Assembly (NCBI GenBank): GCA_965248055.1
Contig: CBDFIJ010000004.1
Span: forward strand, 1,568,001 to 1,632,000
DNA: 64,000 nt
Reading direction: 5' to 3'
DNA from: Candidatus Multivoradales bacterium
GTDB lineage: Bacteria > Acidobacteriota > Thermoanaerobaculia > Multivoradales > JAHEKO01
The notes under the pieces were generated by a model. The model saw only the letters and a list, made by a program, of their open reading frames with translations. It ran no database searches and was not told the DNA's origin. Of this stretch, positions 54,279 to 64,000 are shown in pieces; positions within the stretch are counted from its first letter, which is position 1, and every line of letters begins with the position of its first letter. The position numbers and the translations under genes were made by a program.

Positions 54279-55889
54279 CTATCCGGTCGGCGGCCCCGCA
54301 GCGGCGATCTCCGAAGAAGTGGCATCCGCATATTGGGCGAAATTTTGACGAAACATCTGCGCCAGTTCGCCGGCGCGTTGATCGTAGGCGGCTTCGTCTG
54401 CCCAGGTTGCTCGAGGCCGCAACAAGTTGGATTCCACGCCCTGCACAGCCTGGGGCACAGCTAGGCCGAATCGTTGCTCGCGTTCAAAAGGTGTGTTCTC
54501 CAGCTCCCCAGTTAGGGCTGCCTCAACCATCCGTCGGGTGGCAGACAGTTTGATCCGCGAACCCACTCCGTATCCGCCCCCAGTCCAACCGGTATTGATT
54601 AGCCACACCGGAACCTCGTGCTTGGCCAACCTCTGACCCAGAAGCTGCGCGTAGACCGAAGGGTGCCGGGGCATAAACGGTGCACCAAAACACGCGCTAA
54701 AGGTCGCGGATGGTTCGGTTACCCCACGCTCGGTACCCGCGACTTTCGCGGTGTATCCAGATAGGAAGTGGTACATCGCTTGCTCGCGGGTCAGCCGACT
54801 GATCGGTGGCAAGGTGCCGAAGGCGTCGGCGGTCAAAAAAACCACCGCTTTCGGGTGTCCTCCGCAACCGTCCAGATCGACCTTGCTCAACTGAGACAAC
54901 GGATAACTCGACCGGGTGTTCTCAGTGTATCGAGCGTCATTGAGGTCCAAAGCTCGGGTTTGGGGATCAACAACAACGTTCTCCAAGATGGTGCCGAACC
55001 GTCCTGTGGTGGCATAGATTTCCGGCTCCCCTGCGGAGTCCAGGCGAATAACCTTGGCGTAGCAACCGCCCTCAAAATTAAACACTCCAGCGTCACTCCA
55101 ACCGTGCTCATCATCGCCGATCAAGGTGCGACTGGAGTCGCTCGAAAGAGTCGTTTTCCCAGTCCCAGATAGACCAAAAAACAGTGCCACGTCATCCTGA
55201 TCGCTGCCGTAATTTGCCGAGCAGTGCATCGGTAGTACCCCCCGCGCTGGAAGCAGGTGATTCATCGCGGTGAAAATGCTCTTCTTGATCTCACCGGCAT
55301 AGGCGGTACCCCCGATCAGCACCGTCCGCTGTCCAAAGTCCAGCGCAATGAACGTACCGCTCTGCGTTCCGTCTTGAGCCGGGTCGGCAAGCAAACTGGG
55401 AGCGTCAATAACCGTAAAGTCTGGCGTGAAGTCCGAGAGCACTTGAGGGTCAGGCTCGACGATGAACATGTTGCGGGCGAACAGACTGTGCCAAGCGAAT
55501 TCGGTAACCACCCGCACCTTGAGGCGATATTGTGGATCCGCCCCAGCGTAGCCATTGAAAACGTGAAGATCTTTGGCTGCTAGATGGCGCAACATCCTGG
55601 TGCGCAGGCCGTCAAAATGAGGCTGGCTAATCGAGCGATTGACCGGACCCCACCAAATGTCCTTGTGGGTGGAAGGCTCCTCGACGATGAACTTGTCATT
55701 CGCGGAGCGACCGGTATGTTCGCCGGTGGTCGCAACCAAAGGCCCACCCTGCGCCACGATCCCTTCTCGGCGCAATACGGCGCGTTCATAGAGCTGCGCC
55801 ACCGATAGATTCCAGTACTCGTCAGCGCTAGTTGATATGCCGTGAAGATCGAGTCCGTGACGACTGACTGCGGGTCCGTAGTGGGACAT
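54279..55889 (-). CDS. pckA: Phosphoenolpyruvate carboxykinase (ATP)
   Basis: YAGEIKK, GLSGTGKTT, LIGDDEHGW, NFEGGCYAK. Confidence 0.97.
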   Translation of the reverse strand: MSHYGPAVSRHGLDLHGISTSADEYWNLSVAQLYERAVLRREGIVAQGGPLVATTGEHTGRSANDKFIVEEPSTHKDIWWGPVNRSISQPHFDGLRTRMLRHLAAKDLHVFNGYAGADPQYRLKVRVVTEFAWHSLFARNMFIVEPDPQVLSDFTPDFTVIDAPSLLADPAQDGTQSGTFIALDFGQRTVLIGGTAYAGEIKKSIFTAMNHLLPARGVLPMHCSANYGSDQDDVALFFGLSGTGKTTLSSDSSRTLIGDDEHGWSDAGVFNFEGGCYAKVIRLDSAGEPEIYATTGRFGTILENVVVDPQTRALDLNDARYTENTRSSYPLSQLSKVDLDGCGGHPKAVVFLTADAFGTLPPISRLTREQAMYHFLSGYTAKVAGTERGVTEPSATFSACFGAPFMPRHPSVYAQLLGQRLAKHEVPVWLINTGWTGGGYGVGSRIKLSATRRMVEAALTGELENTPFEREQRFGLAVPQAVQGVESNLLRPRATWADEAAYDQRAGELAQMFRQNFAQYADATSSEIAAAGPPTG

Positions 55890-56108
55890 TGTGGCTCCTG
55901 GTTTTGGCCAGAGACAGAAAGTCGGCACCGGTCGGCGCCGTTGGAGTGTTCAGTCTACCGGCTCACATTTCGCTTGCCAACAGCACCAATCCCACCGATC
56001 GCAGCGGCCCTCCTCGGTCGACCCCAGGAGATCACGCAGTTGCGATAAGCTACTCCTTGCTGTCGATGTCGCCCTTCCGGCGAACCATCAAACTAGTCAA
56101 GGAATCCA

Positions 56109-57737
56109 ATGGACGTTTCGGGTCGCAAGGTCCTGGTATTGGGCGGATATGGTCTTGTAGGGTCTGCGGTTTGCCGCGAACTACTCGCTCGAAATCCAGC
56201 CGAGATTCAACTCCACAGTTTGAAACAAAGCGAGGCCAAAGAGGCTCGGGGTGAGCTGCTAACCGAGTGGCCGGACGCCAATATTGTTCCTTCTTGGGGA
56301 GATCTATTCGGGCTCGCCGATGGGGTTGACCCCAGCCGCGAACAGGAGTTGCAATTAGAACTTCTGCGCGATCAGGACCTTCCTTCGTTTCGGCTTTACA
56401 GCCTACTGCTCGATCGCCGCCCCGACGTGGTTATTGATTGCGTCAACACCGCCACCGGAATCGCCTACCGCAATATTTTCCGATCGGCGTCCGAAGTGCG
56501 CAAAGAGTTGGCGCAAGGAAGCGTCGATAAGGAGACCGCAAACGGCCTCCTAGAAGCGCTCTACATCCCCAGGCTAATCCGCCATATTCAAGTGCTCTAC
56601 CGGGGAATGATCGAAGCGGAGACCCGGATCTATCTCAAGGTCGGAACCAGCGGCACCGGAGGCATGGGACTCAATATTCCCTACACCCACTCCGAGGAAA
56701 AGCCCAGCCGCGTGTTGCTCTCCAAGAGTGCGGTTGCTGGCGCCCACTCGATGCTGTTGTTCTTGATGGCCCGGACCCCCGGTGCCCCGATCACCAAAGA
56801 AATCAAACCGGCGGCAGCCATCGCCTGGAAACGGATCGCCGCGGGACCGATTTCTCGCAAAGGAAAGCCAATCTGGTTGGTTGACACCCAACCCCAACCG
56901 ATCGGTCAGTCCTTCTCAACCCACGACGACTCTGCAGCCAAGGTCACCGACGAGCAACTGGAAACGGTATTCATCGATACCGGTGAGAACGGGATTTTCT
57001 CCATCGAAGAGTTCTCCCTTCTGACCACTGCTTCGCAGATGGAGTTCGTGACCCCGGAAGAGATCGCCAAATATTTGATCTACGAAATCGAAGGCGGCAA
57101 CACCGGCCACGACATTATCAACGCTTTGGACAATGCGGTGCTGGGCCCCACCTATCGTGCCGGGGTCTTGCGCCACTTCGCGCTCGAGAAAATGAACAAG
57201 CTGCAAAAGGACTGTGCCTCCAAGAGCGTCGCTTTTGAGATGCTCGGACCCCCGAGGAATTCAAAGCTCTTGTTTGAAGTACACCTATTGCGCGAAGAGT
57301 TCGGATCGATGACTGAGGTCTTGCGAACTACCCCGGAGGAGATCTGTGATCGTCTCAACCAAAGGGTCAGAGAGGATCGACGTTGTGCCAGCGAGGTTGT
57401 TTCCATTGGGGTTCCTATTTTGCTCGCCGACGGCAGTCTGCTGCGCGGACCAACCGTCCTGGTACCCAGCAACGCCGACAAACAAGAAGTTACTCCGGAG
57501 CTTCTCGAGCAATGGGTTGAAGGCGGCTGGGTGGACCTGCGCCTTGAAAACTGCACCCGTTGGCATCAGCGCATGCGTACTATCTCGAGCCAGATCGCAG
57601 CGATCCCGGAAGTCGATTCTTCAAGTCGGCATATGCGCACTTCTGCGTTTTGGCAGGCCGACTCCATCCTTCAGCCCGGTAAAGTCGTCAGTTGGATCCT
57701 CACGGAAGAGGAGCACGGCGGCCGCATGAAGCGGTAA
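56109..57737 (+). CDS. Uncharacterised NAD(P)-binding Rossmann-fold (SDR-like) protein
   Basis: [11 protein letters not shown] nucleotide-binding motif; 542 aa; 7 bp upstream of gdhA. Confidence 0.75.
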   Translation: MDVSGRKVLVLGGYGLVGSAVCRELLARNPAEIQLHSLKQSEAKEARGELLTEWPDANIVPSWGDLFGLADGVDPSREQELQLELLRDQDLPSFRLYSLLLDRRPDVVIDCVNTATGIAYRNIFRSASEVRKELAQGSVDKETANGLLEALYIPRLIRHIQVLYRGMIEAETRIYLKVGTSGTGGMGLNIPYTHSEEKPSRVLLSKSAVAGAHSMLLFLMARTPGAPITKEIKPAAAIAWKRIAAGPISRKGKPIWLVDTQPQPIGQSFSTHDDSAAKVTDEQLETVFIDTGENGIFSIEEFSLLTTASQMEFVTPEEIAKYLIYEIEGGNTGHDIINALDNAVLGPTYRAGVLRHFALEKMNKLQKDCASKSVAFEMLGPPRNSKLLFEVHLLREEFGSMTEVLRTTPEEICDRLNQRVREDRRCASEVVSIGVPILLADGSLLRGPTVLVPSNADKQEVTPELLEQWVEGGWVDLRLENCTRWHQRMRTISSQIAAIPEVDSSSRHMRTSAFWQADSILQPGKVVSWILTEEEHGGRMKR

Positions 57738-57744
57738 ACACACC

Positions 57745-59157
57745 ATGAGCCAATCTAGCTTTTATCAAGACGTCAACAACTCCTTTGACCGCGCGGCGGC
57801 ACTCACCGATCACGATGAAGCGCTGCTGGCCCAGATCCGGGCCTGCAACTCAGTCTATCGAGTGACTTTTCCCATTCGGCGCGATGATGGTTCGATTGAG
57901 ACCATTCACGCATGGCGCGCCGAGCACAGCCACCACAAGCTACCGACCAAAGGTGGGATTCGCTACAGCTTGATGGTGAACGAAGATGAGGTGCGCGCTC
58001 TCGCCGCTTTGATGACCCATAAGTGCGCCCTAGTTGACGTTCCCTTTGGCGGCGCCAAGGGCGGAATTCGGATCGACAGCAAGCAGTACTCCACCGGCGA
58101 GTTGGAACGCATCACTCGACGCTACACCTTTGAATTGATGCGCAAGAACTTCATCGGTCCTGGAGTGGATGTCCCGGCTCCCGACTTCGGTACCGGCCCA
58201 CGGGAAATGGCGTGGATCGCCGATACCTACATGGGGATGACCGCGGGAGAACTCAATTCGCTCGCCTGCGTGACTGGAAAACCGCTGGCGCAAGGGGGAA
58301 TCCGAGGACGTCTGGAAGCGACCGGTCGTGGGGTGTTTTTCGGCATCCGCGAGGCCTGCTCCTGCGTCGAAGACATGAAAGCCATGGGCCTAGCCCCGGG
58401 GGTCGAAGGCAAACGAGTGATCGTCCAGGGGCTGGGCAATGTTGGCTACCACGCAGCCAAGTTCCTATCCGAGGCGGGGGCGATCTTGGTCGGCCTCGCA
58501 GAGTACGAAGGCGCGATCTACAACGCCGATGGGTTGGACCTGGAGGCGGTCGTCGCTCACCGGCACGATTCGGGATCGATCCTCAATTTTTCTGGTGCCA
58601 ACAACCTAACCTCAACCAAGGAGGCTTTGGAACAAGCATGCGACATCTTGGTTCCCGCAGCCTTGGAGAAACAGATCACCAAAAGCAACGCCGCAAATAT
58701 CAAGGCGAAGATCATCGCCGAAGCGGCCAACGGCCCGACTACTCCGGAGGCAGACGCGATCCTGATCGAGCAAGGAGCGCTGATCATTCCTGACACCTTG
58801 CTCAACGCTGGCGGAGTTACCGTCTCCTACTTTGAGTGGATCAAGAATCTCTCCCATATGCGCTTCGGCCGCATGCAAAAACGTTCTGCAGAACAGTCCT
58901 TTAGCCGAATGATGGGAGTGGTCGAAGATCTCACCGGTAAGACCGTGTCTGATGATCTCCGCCGACTCTCGACCAAGGGCGCTGACGAAGAAGATTTGGT
59001 CAACTCCGGTTTAGAGGAAACCATGATCAGCGCATTCCATCAGGTGCGTGAGACCAAGCTCAAGTTCAACAGCGATTCCGATCTACGAACCGCGGCGTTC
59101 GTGGTCTCGATCAACAAAATCGCGCTGTGTTACGACGAGCTGGGAATCTTCCCTTAG
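57745..59157 (+). CDS. gdhA: Glutamate dehydrogenase (Glu/Leu/Phe/Val family)
   Basis: [39 protein letters not shown]. Confidence 0.93.
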   Translation: MSQSSFYQDVNNSFDRAAALTDHDEALLAQIRACNSVYRVTFPIRRDDGSIETIHAWRAEHSHHKLPTKGGIRYSLMVNEDEVRALAALMTHKCALVDVPFGGAKGGIRIDSKQYSTGELERITRRYTFELMRKNFIGPGVDVPAPDFGTGPREMAWIADTYMGMTAGELNSLACVTGKPLAQGGIRGRLEATGRGVFFGIREACSCVEDMKAMGLAPGVEGKRVIVQGLGNVGYHAAKFLSEAGAILVGLAEYEGAIYNADGLDLEAVVAHRHDSGSILNFSGANNLTSTKEALEQACDILVPAALEKQITKSNAANIKAKIIAEAANGPTTPEADAILIEQGALIIPDTLLNAGGVTVSYFEWIKNLSHMRFGRMQKRSAEQSFSRMMGVVEDLTGKTVSDDLRRLSTKGADEEDLVNSGLEETMISAFHQVRETKLKFNSDSDLRTAAFVVSINKIALCYDELGIFP

Positions 59158-59165
59158 TCTACGCG

Positions 59166-59927
59166 CTAGGAGTTAGCGGCCTGCAACCGTTCCACCAAAC
59201 CGCGTAGGGTAGCCTGCGTTTCATTAGAAAACCAAGCTTCGGTCAGGGCGTCCACGTCAGCCGCCTGGAGTTGGTCAAAGATCGCGTGGAGATCGCGTCG
59301 AACTGTCTGGCGACTGCGTAAATAGGTGTCGGGCGGCAGCTTCTGCAGTCGTCCGCAGTGTTCGACGGCTGCTTCGACCACTTGATCAGCCTCCATGATC
59401 TGATCAATAAAACCAACCGCCAGCGCTTCTTCTGGAGCGTAGAGCTGGCCGGTCGAACAGGCGATCTCCGCGGATCTTTGACCCAACGCCAGCCGTGCCA
59501 GAGAAAAAATGAACGGCGGCATCGGGATCCCGACTCGGACCTCATTCAATCCGATGGTGTAGTCCCCTTGGGCCATGATTCGATAGTCACAGGCTAGAGA
59601 CAAAACCGCGCCTCCCGCGGGACTGTGACCGGTGATCGCAGCGATAACCGGGATCGGTGAACGGGCCAAGGCTTCGACGGCGTCTAGAAAATCCTTCCAA
59701 GCCGCCTCGATACCAGCTCGATCGCGTTGCAGTAGATAGGGGACGTCAAGACCGGCGGAAAACATCCCGGATCGCCCGGACAAAACGACTGCCCGCGCGC
59801 CAGCCTCCACCGCTTCGCCCAATCCAGCTCGAATCGCTTGCAGCAACGGGGGCGACAAGGCGTTGACCGGGGGCTTCGCCATGCGCAATTCGGTGATTCC
59901 GGATCCGTGTTCGACAATTTCGATCAT
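59166..59927 (-). CDS. Enoyl-CoA hydratase/isomerase family protein
   Basis: PVNALS, FSAGLD, GHSPAGG, IGLNE (ECI1-like). Confidence 0.9.
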   Translation of the reverse strand: MIEIVEHGSGITELRMAKPPVNALSPPLLQAIRAGLGEAVEAGARAVVLSGRSGMFSAGLDVPYLLQRDRAGIEAAWKDFLDAVEALARSPIPVIAAITGHSPAGGAVLSLACDYRIMAQGDYTIGLNEVRVGIPMPPFIFSLARLALGQRSAEIACSTGQLYAPEEALAVGFIDQIMEADQVVEAAVEHCGRLQKLPPDTYLRSRQTVRRDLHAIFDQLQAADVDALTEAWFSNETQATLRGLVERLQAANS

Positions 59928-60063
59928 CAGCCACTCCACAATTTGTTCTTTTCTCCGATTGAAACCATGAGCTCCTTGGCAGAACCTCGTTCCCAGAAAC
60001 AACACTGTATCCAAGAACCGCTGGACGCCGAAGTTTTCGCTGGCCTTGGTGCCGGGCGGAACC

Positions 60064-60101
60064 AAAAAACAAGAGGCCCCGGATACCCCAGGGCCTCTGT
60101 T
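60064..60101 (-). terminator. Rho-independent terminator after tRNA-Asn
   Basis: AGAGGCCC...GGGCCTCT hairpin followed by a T-run on the minus strand. Confidence 0.75.
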
Positions 60102-60131
60102 CTCGAAAACCGCCGGCGGCGGGTTGATGTC

Positions 60132-60206
60132 TGGCTCCCCGGGAGGGATTCGAACCCCCGACCAATCGGTTAACAGCCGATCGCTCTACCACTGAGCTAC
60201 CGAGGA
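60132..60206 (-). tRNA. tRNA-Asn(GTT)
   Basis: TCCTCGGTAGCTCAGTGGTAGAGCG...CTGTTAA...GTTCGAAT...GGGAGCCA, 75 nt. Confidence 0.97.
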
Positions 60207-60226
60207 ACGGATAGCCAAGCCGCGTG

Positions 60227-60255
60227 ATGTTAGGCCCACGCGTAGACCGTGTCAA
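60227..60255 (-). promoter_or_regulatory. sigma70 promoter of tRNA-Asn
   Basis: TTGACA (60255-60250), 17-bp spacer, TAACAT (60232-60227). Confidence 0.8.
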
Positions 60256-60283
60256 CGAATCGAGCCAAGCCCCAATAAGTGAC

Positions 60284-61981
60284 CTAGCTGTCCAAGAACG
60301 GGCGAAGTTGATTGGCTCGCGCCGGCGCCTTCAGTTTGCGCAATGCCTTGGACTCAATCTGTCGGATTCGCTCCCGGGTCACGTTAAACGAGCGCCCAAC
60401 TTCTTCTAGAGTGTGTTCGGACCCTTCACCGACGCCGAAGCGCATCCGCAACACCAACTCTTCGCGCGGTGTCAGCGACTTTAAGACACCCGCGGTGTTC
60501 TCGTGCAAACTTCTACGAACCACCGCTGCGACCGGCGCCTCGGCATTCTTGTCCTCGATGAAATCACCCAGATGCGAATCTTCCTCTTCGCCAATCGGCG
60601 TTTCCAGAGAAATCGGTTCGAGCGCGATCTTCATGATCTTGCGCACCTTGGATGCGGACAAATCCATCCGTTCCCCAATCTCAGCAGCCGTTGGTTCGCG
60701 CCCCAGTTCTTGTACCAAGGAACGACTGGTGCGCGTCAGTTTGTTGATCGTTTCGATCATATGCACCGGAATACGGATGGTTCGCGCCTGATCAGCAATA
60801 GCGCGAGTAATCGCCTGGCGAATCCACCACGTCGCGTAGGTGGAGAACTTATAACCACGACGATATTCAAACTTCTCAACCGCCTTCATCAACCCAATAT
60901 TGCCTTCCTGAATCAGATCCAAGAACTGCAGGCCGCGGTTGGTGTACTTCTTGGCAATCGAGACCACCAAGCGAAGGTTGGCAACGATCAGAGCCTCTTT
61001 GGCCTCTTCACAAATACGCTCCCCTTTCTTGATACTACGAATGGTCGCTGAAACATCGTCCCGATTGGTGGCAAAGCGCGCTTCAATTTCCTTGAGCGAT
61101 TTCGAGTACTTGCGAATTCTTCGACGGTGCAGCTTCTTCAACTCGTCATTCGATTCCCGCTCAGAGGCCAGTTTGGCGCGCCTAATATCCCGCTCCAAAT
61201 TGGAAAACTGACGATCTAGATCCTTGAGAAAGTCGGCGAGGCGATTGCGCGTCTCGGGAGAGAAATCGATGGTGCGAATATCAGTTGCGATCTTGCCGAC
61301 GAAACGGTCGATGTCTCGCTCGATTTCTTGATAGCGATCGCCACCTTCTTTGTATCGACTCTGCTGTTTACGCAGTTTGTCGATCTTCTCGTTGTTGGTG
61401 GAAATCCGTTGGAAAATCTTGCGGTTGGTTTTAATTCTCAGTGTCGCCTTTTCATCGAGAACTGACTCCTCGCCCACTTCTCCCGTGAGTCGATGGGGCT
61501 CGTTGCCACTCATCTCACTGAGTCGCAGCATTTCTTTGAGGACCAGGTCGTTGCTACACAGGGCTTCGTAGATCATCCACTCGCCCTGCTCGATACGCTG
61601 AGCGATCTCTACTTCGCCGTCCCGATCGAGAAGCGGAACGGTTCCCATCTCCCGCAGATACATGCGCACCGGATCATTGGTCTTGTCCTGTCCGGCGCTA
61701 CTGAAATCTTGCCCGGAGTCGGTCGGTTTCTTATCAAACCCACCGATTGCCTCCATGTCATCTCGGTTCTGGTATCGCTCAGGGCGATCCATGATCAAGA
61801 TCTTGAGCTCGGAGAATCGCTGATAGACCGCTTCCAGCTCACTGGCGACCGACTTCACGTCATCGGGGAGCAGTTCAAAGATCTCATCGTAGAGGAGGTA
61901 CCCTTTGGATTTCCCCAGCTCGACAAGAACTTTCGCTGCCGAAATTCTGTCTTCAATTGCTTTAATAATAGCTACCGGCAC
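60284..61981 (-). CDS. rpoD: RNA polymerase primary sigma factor RpoD
   Basis: [45 protein letters not shown]; AAGGAG RBS. Confidence 0.98.
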   Translation of the reverse strand: MPVAIIKAIEDRISAAKVLVELGKSKGYLLYDEIFELLPDDVKSVASELEAVYQRFSELKILIMDRPERYQNRDDMEAIGGFDKKPTDSGQDFSSAGQDKTNDPVRMYLREMGTVPLLDRDGEVEIAQRIEQGEWMIYEALCSNDLVLKEMLRLSEMSGNEPHRLTGEVGEESVLDEKATLRIKTNRKIFQRISTNNEKIDKLRKQQSRYKEGGDRYQEIERDIDRFVGKIATDIRTIDFSPETRNRLADFLKDLDRQFSNLERDIRRAKLASERESNDELKKLHRRRIRKYSKSLKEIEARFATNRDDVSATIRSIKKGERICEEAKEALIVANLRLVVSIAKKYTNRGLQFLDLIQEGNIGLMKAVEKFEYRRGYKFSTYATWWIRQAITRAIADQARTIRIPVHMIETINKLTRTSRSLVQELGREPTAAEIGERMDLSASKVRKIMKIALEPISLETPIGEEEDSHLGDFIEDKNAEAPVAAVVRRSLHENTAGVLKSLTPREELVLRMRFGVGEGSEHTLEEVGRSFNVTRERIRQIESKALRKLKAPARANQLRPFLDS

Positions 61982-62009
61982 TGCACAACTCCTTGGGCGT
62001 CATAAGCCC

Positions 62010-63793
62010 TTAATTGCGGGAACGTCCGTGCAAAGACGAAGTCAGGTGACTTCTTTCGGCCATTAGCCGATCCAATTCACCAGAGTCGCCTTCTTCCTGA
62101 GCGCGATTGATCGCCTCCTGCAAAACCAGCCGACGAGTGCGTAACCAGCGAGATCCAGTCGACCGAGCGCAGCGAAAGCCTCCGTTTCGCTACACGTAGC
62201 CGCCCTTTTTACCAAAATCCTAGCCAACAGATCAACTGATTCACTCTCGTCCGGCAGTGATCCACGGACTTCATCGCCGCTCGGAGACACTCCCGTCTGT
62301 TGGTACAAACGCAAGAAGTGGGTATAGATATTCCGCATTTGCGGATCGCGAAAAACTTCCACTTCCAGAAGCTCCTCAGCGGGCGGAATCACCTCGGCGG
62401 TCAACAACCAGCGCAATACCTTGATTTCGGTGTCAGCGATCTGCGGCACCGCTTGGCCGCTGTCCTCCCAAGACCCGGTCGTCGCCTTGCCAGTTCGGGT
62501 CGCACGGCTGGTCAAGCGTGCGGTTAGCGTTCCCGGTTGAAGACCCAGGCGGCCTTCGAAACGGCGGGAGTAGGCTTGGCGGGCGACGGCGTCTGGAATT
62601 GTCGCCAAGACTTCGCCAATCGACCGCACCGCCTTGGCTTGTGCCTGGGGATTCCACGCCGCGCCCTCAGGGGCCAAACGCTCCATTTCAAGCCACACTG
62701 CATCCTCAGAGGAACGCACTTTTTGCTGCCACGATTCGGACCCATGCTCCAGTCGCCAGGTGTCTGGATCGATGCCGGACGCCAACGACACGGTACGCAC
62801 ACTCAAGCCCTCGGAGAGAAGAATCGGTAGAGCTTTGTGTCCGGCCTGAATTCCCGCTTCATCGCCGTCGTAGGCGAGGATTACTTCTTCACTGTGTCGA
62901 CGGATCAGCTTCACTTGCTCTGGTGTCAAGGAGGTGCCCATCCCGGCGACCACGTTCTCGACTCCAGCGGCTACCGACCCGACCACGTCAAAGTACCCTT
63001 CGACCAAGACCACCGCCTCACGTTCCCGAATCGCCCGTTTGGCAAGGTGCAGGCCGTAAAGAAGATGTCGTTTGCGGAAAGATGCGGTCTCAGAGGAGTT
63101 GACATATTTCGCTTTCTCCTCCGGGTCCAAGGTCCTGCCGCCAAAGCCGACCAAGCGCCCGGCAGCGTTGTGGATCGGAAAAATAATCCGATTGCGGAAG
63201 CGATCGTAGAGACGTTGGCTATTGTTTGAGCGGGCAATCAGCCCTGCCTCCATCAAATCTTTTTCCGGCACGTCCTTGGCCAAATGATCGACTAGGGCTG
63301 TCCAGGAATCGGGAGCAAAGCCGATTTGAAAGCGGTCAATCAGTTCTGAAGCGATTTGCCTCTCTTGCAGGTATTGCTGCACCTGCGCGTCAGCCGCCAG
63401 CGCATGGCGATAGAACTCAAGAGCCTTCTCCAAAGCCAGCTCGATTTTGCGACCACTGTCGCGGGCTTTCTGCTGGCTTGGCGTCGCCGCTGGAAGCGGG
63501 ATTCCGTAACGCATAGCCAAGCGTTCAATCGCCGACGGAAAATCGTCGGCCGACATCAACATGTGCAGACGAATCGCATCACCGCCGCGGCCACAACCAA
63601 AACAGTAGAAAAGATTCTGATCAGGATCGACAGAAAACGATGGGGTCTTCTCCTGGTGCAGAGGGCACAACCCTTGGTAACCGCGGCCCGCTCTCTTGAG
63701 CTCCGTGTGTTCGCGCGCGATGTCGACGATATCGATCGCGTCGCGAACCGCGTCAACTAAATCAGGGGTGATGTGTACTCCGCCTACTGCCAT
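62010..63793 (-). CDS. dnaG: DNA primase DnaG with an apparent 1-nt frameshift near 62150
   Basis: CPLHQEKTPSF..YCFGC zinc finger, FGGR, VEGYFD, YDGDEAG. The expected helical C-terminus continues in another frame to TAA at 62012-62010. Confidence 0.93.
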
Positions 63794-63808
63794 GGTCAAT
63801 CTTTCGAA

Positions 63809-64000
63809 CTAGTCCGCCAAAGAAACGATGGTAGCGCCATTTCCACCTTCTGCGGCAGCCGCTGGCTCCGCCTCGGCGACCACTGGGTTTCGGCGAACAA
63901 AATCTCGAACCGCTTTGCGCAGGCGCCCGGTTCCATGGCCGTGAATCACGCGCACCCGATCTAGCCCTTGGCTATGAGCTCTAACCAGATAGTCATCCAA
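63809..64000 (-). CDS. mutS2: C-terminal Smr domain, probably MutS2 (partial)
   Basis: VRVIHGHGTGRLRKAV and EGGNGATIV. Confidence 0.8.
   Translation of the reverse strand: MDDYLVRAHSQGLDRVRVIHGHGTGRLRKAVRDFVRRNPVVAEAEPAAAAEGGNGATIVSLAD

Noticed and set aside
60060-60206. Integrated element at tRNA-Asn
   Set aside because: No integrase and no duplicated tRNA 3' end; a housekeeping gene follows the terminator.

Overview
GC-rich bacterial chromosomal segment, mostly housekeeping genes. Gene style and the 16S suggest Acidobacteriota, possibly Thermoanaerobaculia; this is inference and needs a SILVA/GTDB check. Order: 5' part of an S8 peptidase (missed by the ORF track), an IS481-family element, a complete minus-strand rrn operon (16S, tRNA-Ile, tRNA-Ala, 23S, 5S), a second and different IS481-family element with an internally deleted transposase, the mreBCD-mrdA-rodA-rng operon extended by an LPS-kinase/glycoside-hydrolase fusion and htrA, ppiD-ruvAB-lipid kinase, csoR plus metal permease, aceE-aceF-lpdA, a small accessory patch (decayed DUF6516/HVO_A0114-like toxin-antitoxin pair and a Fic gene preceded by phased 11-bp repeats), nfeD-slipin, oligoendopeptidase F, Rrf2-sufBCDSU, acs, SMUG1, thiI, a degenerate GGDEF-EAL protein, pckA, an uncharacterised Rossmann protein with gdhA, tRNA-Asn, rpoD, dnaG (frameshifted near its 3' end) and the mutS2 3' end. 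The main observation is that both IS481-like elements end, in the same orientation, exactly 5 bp (CG[A/G]GG) upstream of a sigma70 -35 hexamer, and one uses the TGA inside that -35 box as its transposase stop codon. This suggests promoter-targeted transposition. The second IS also carries a structured non-coding leader.
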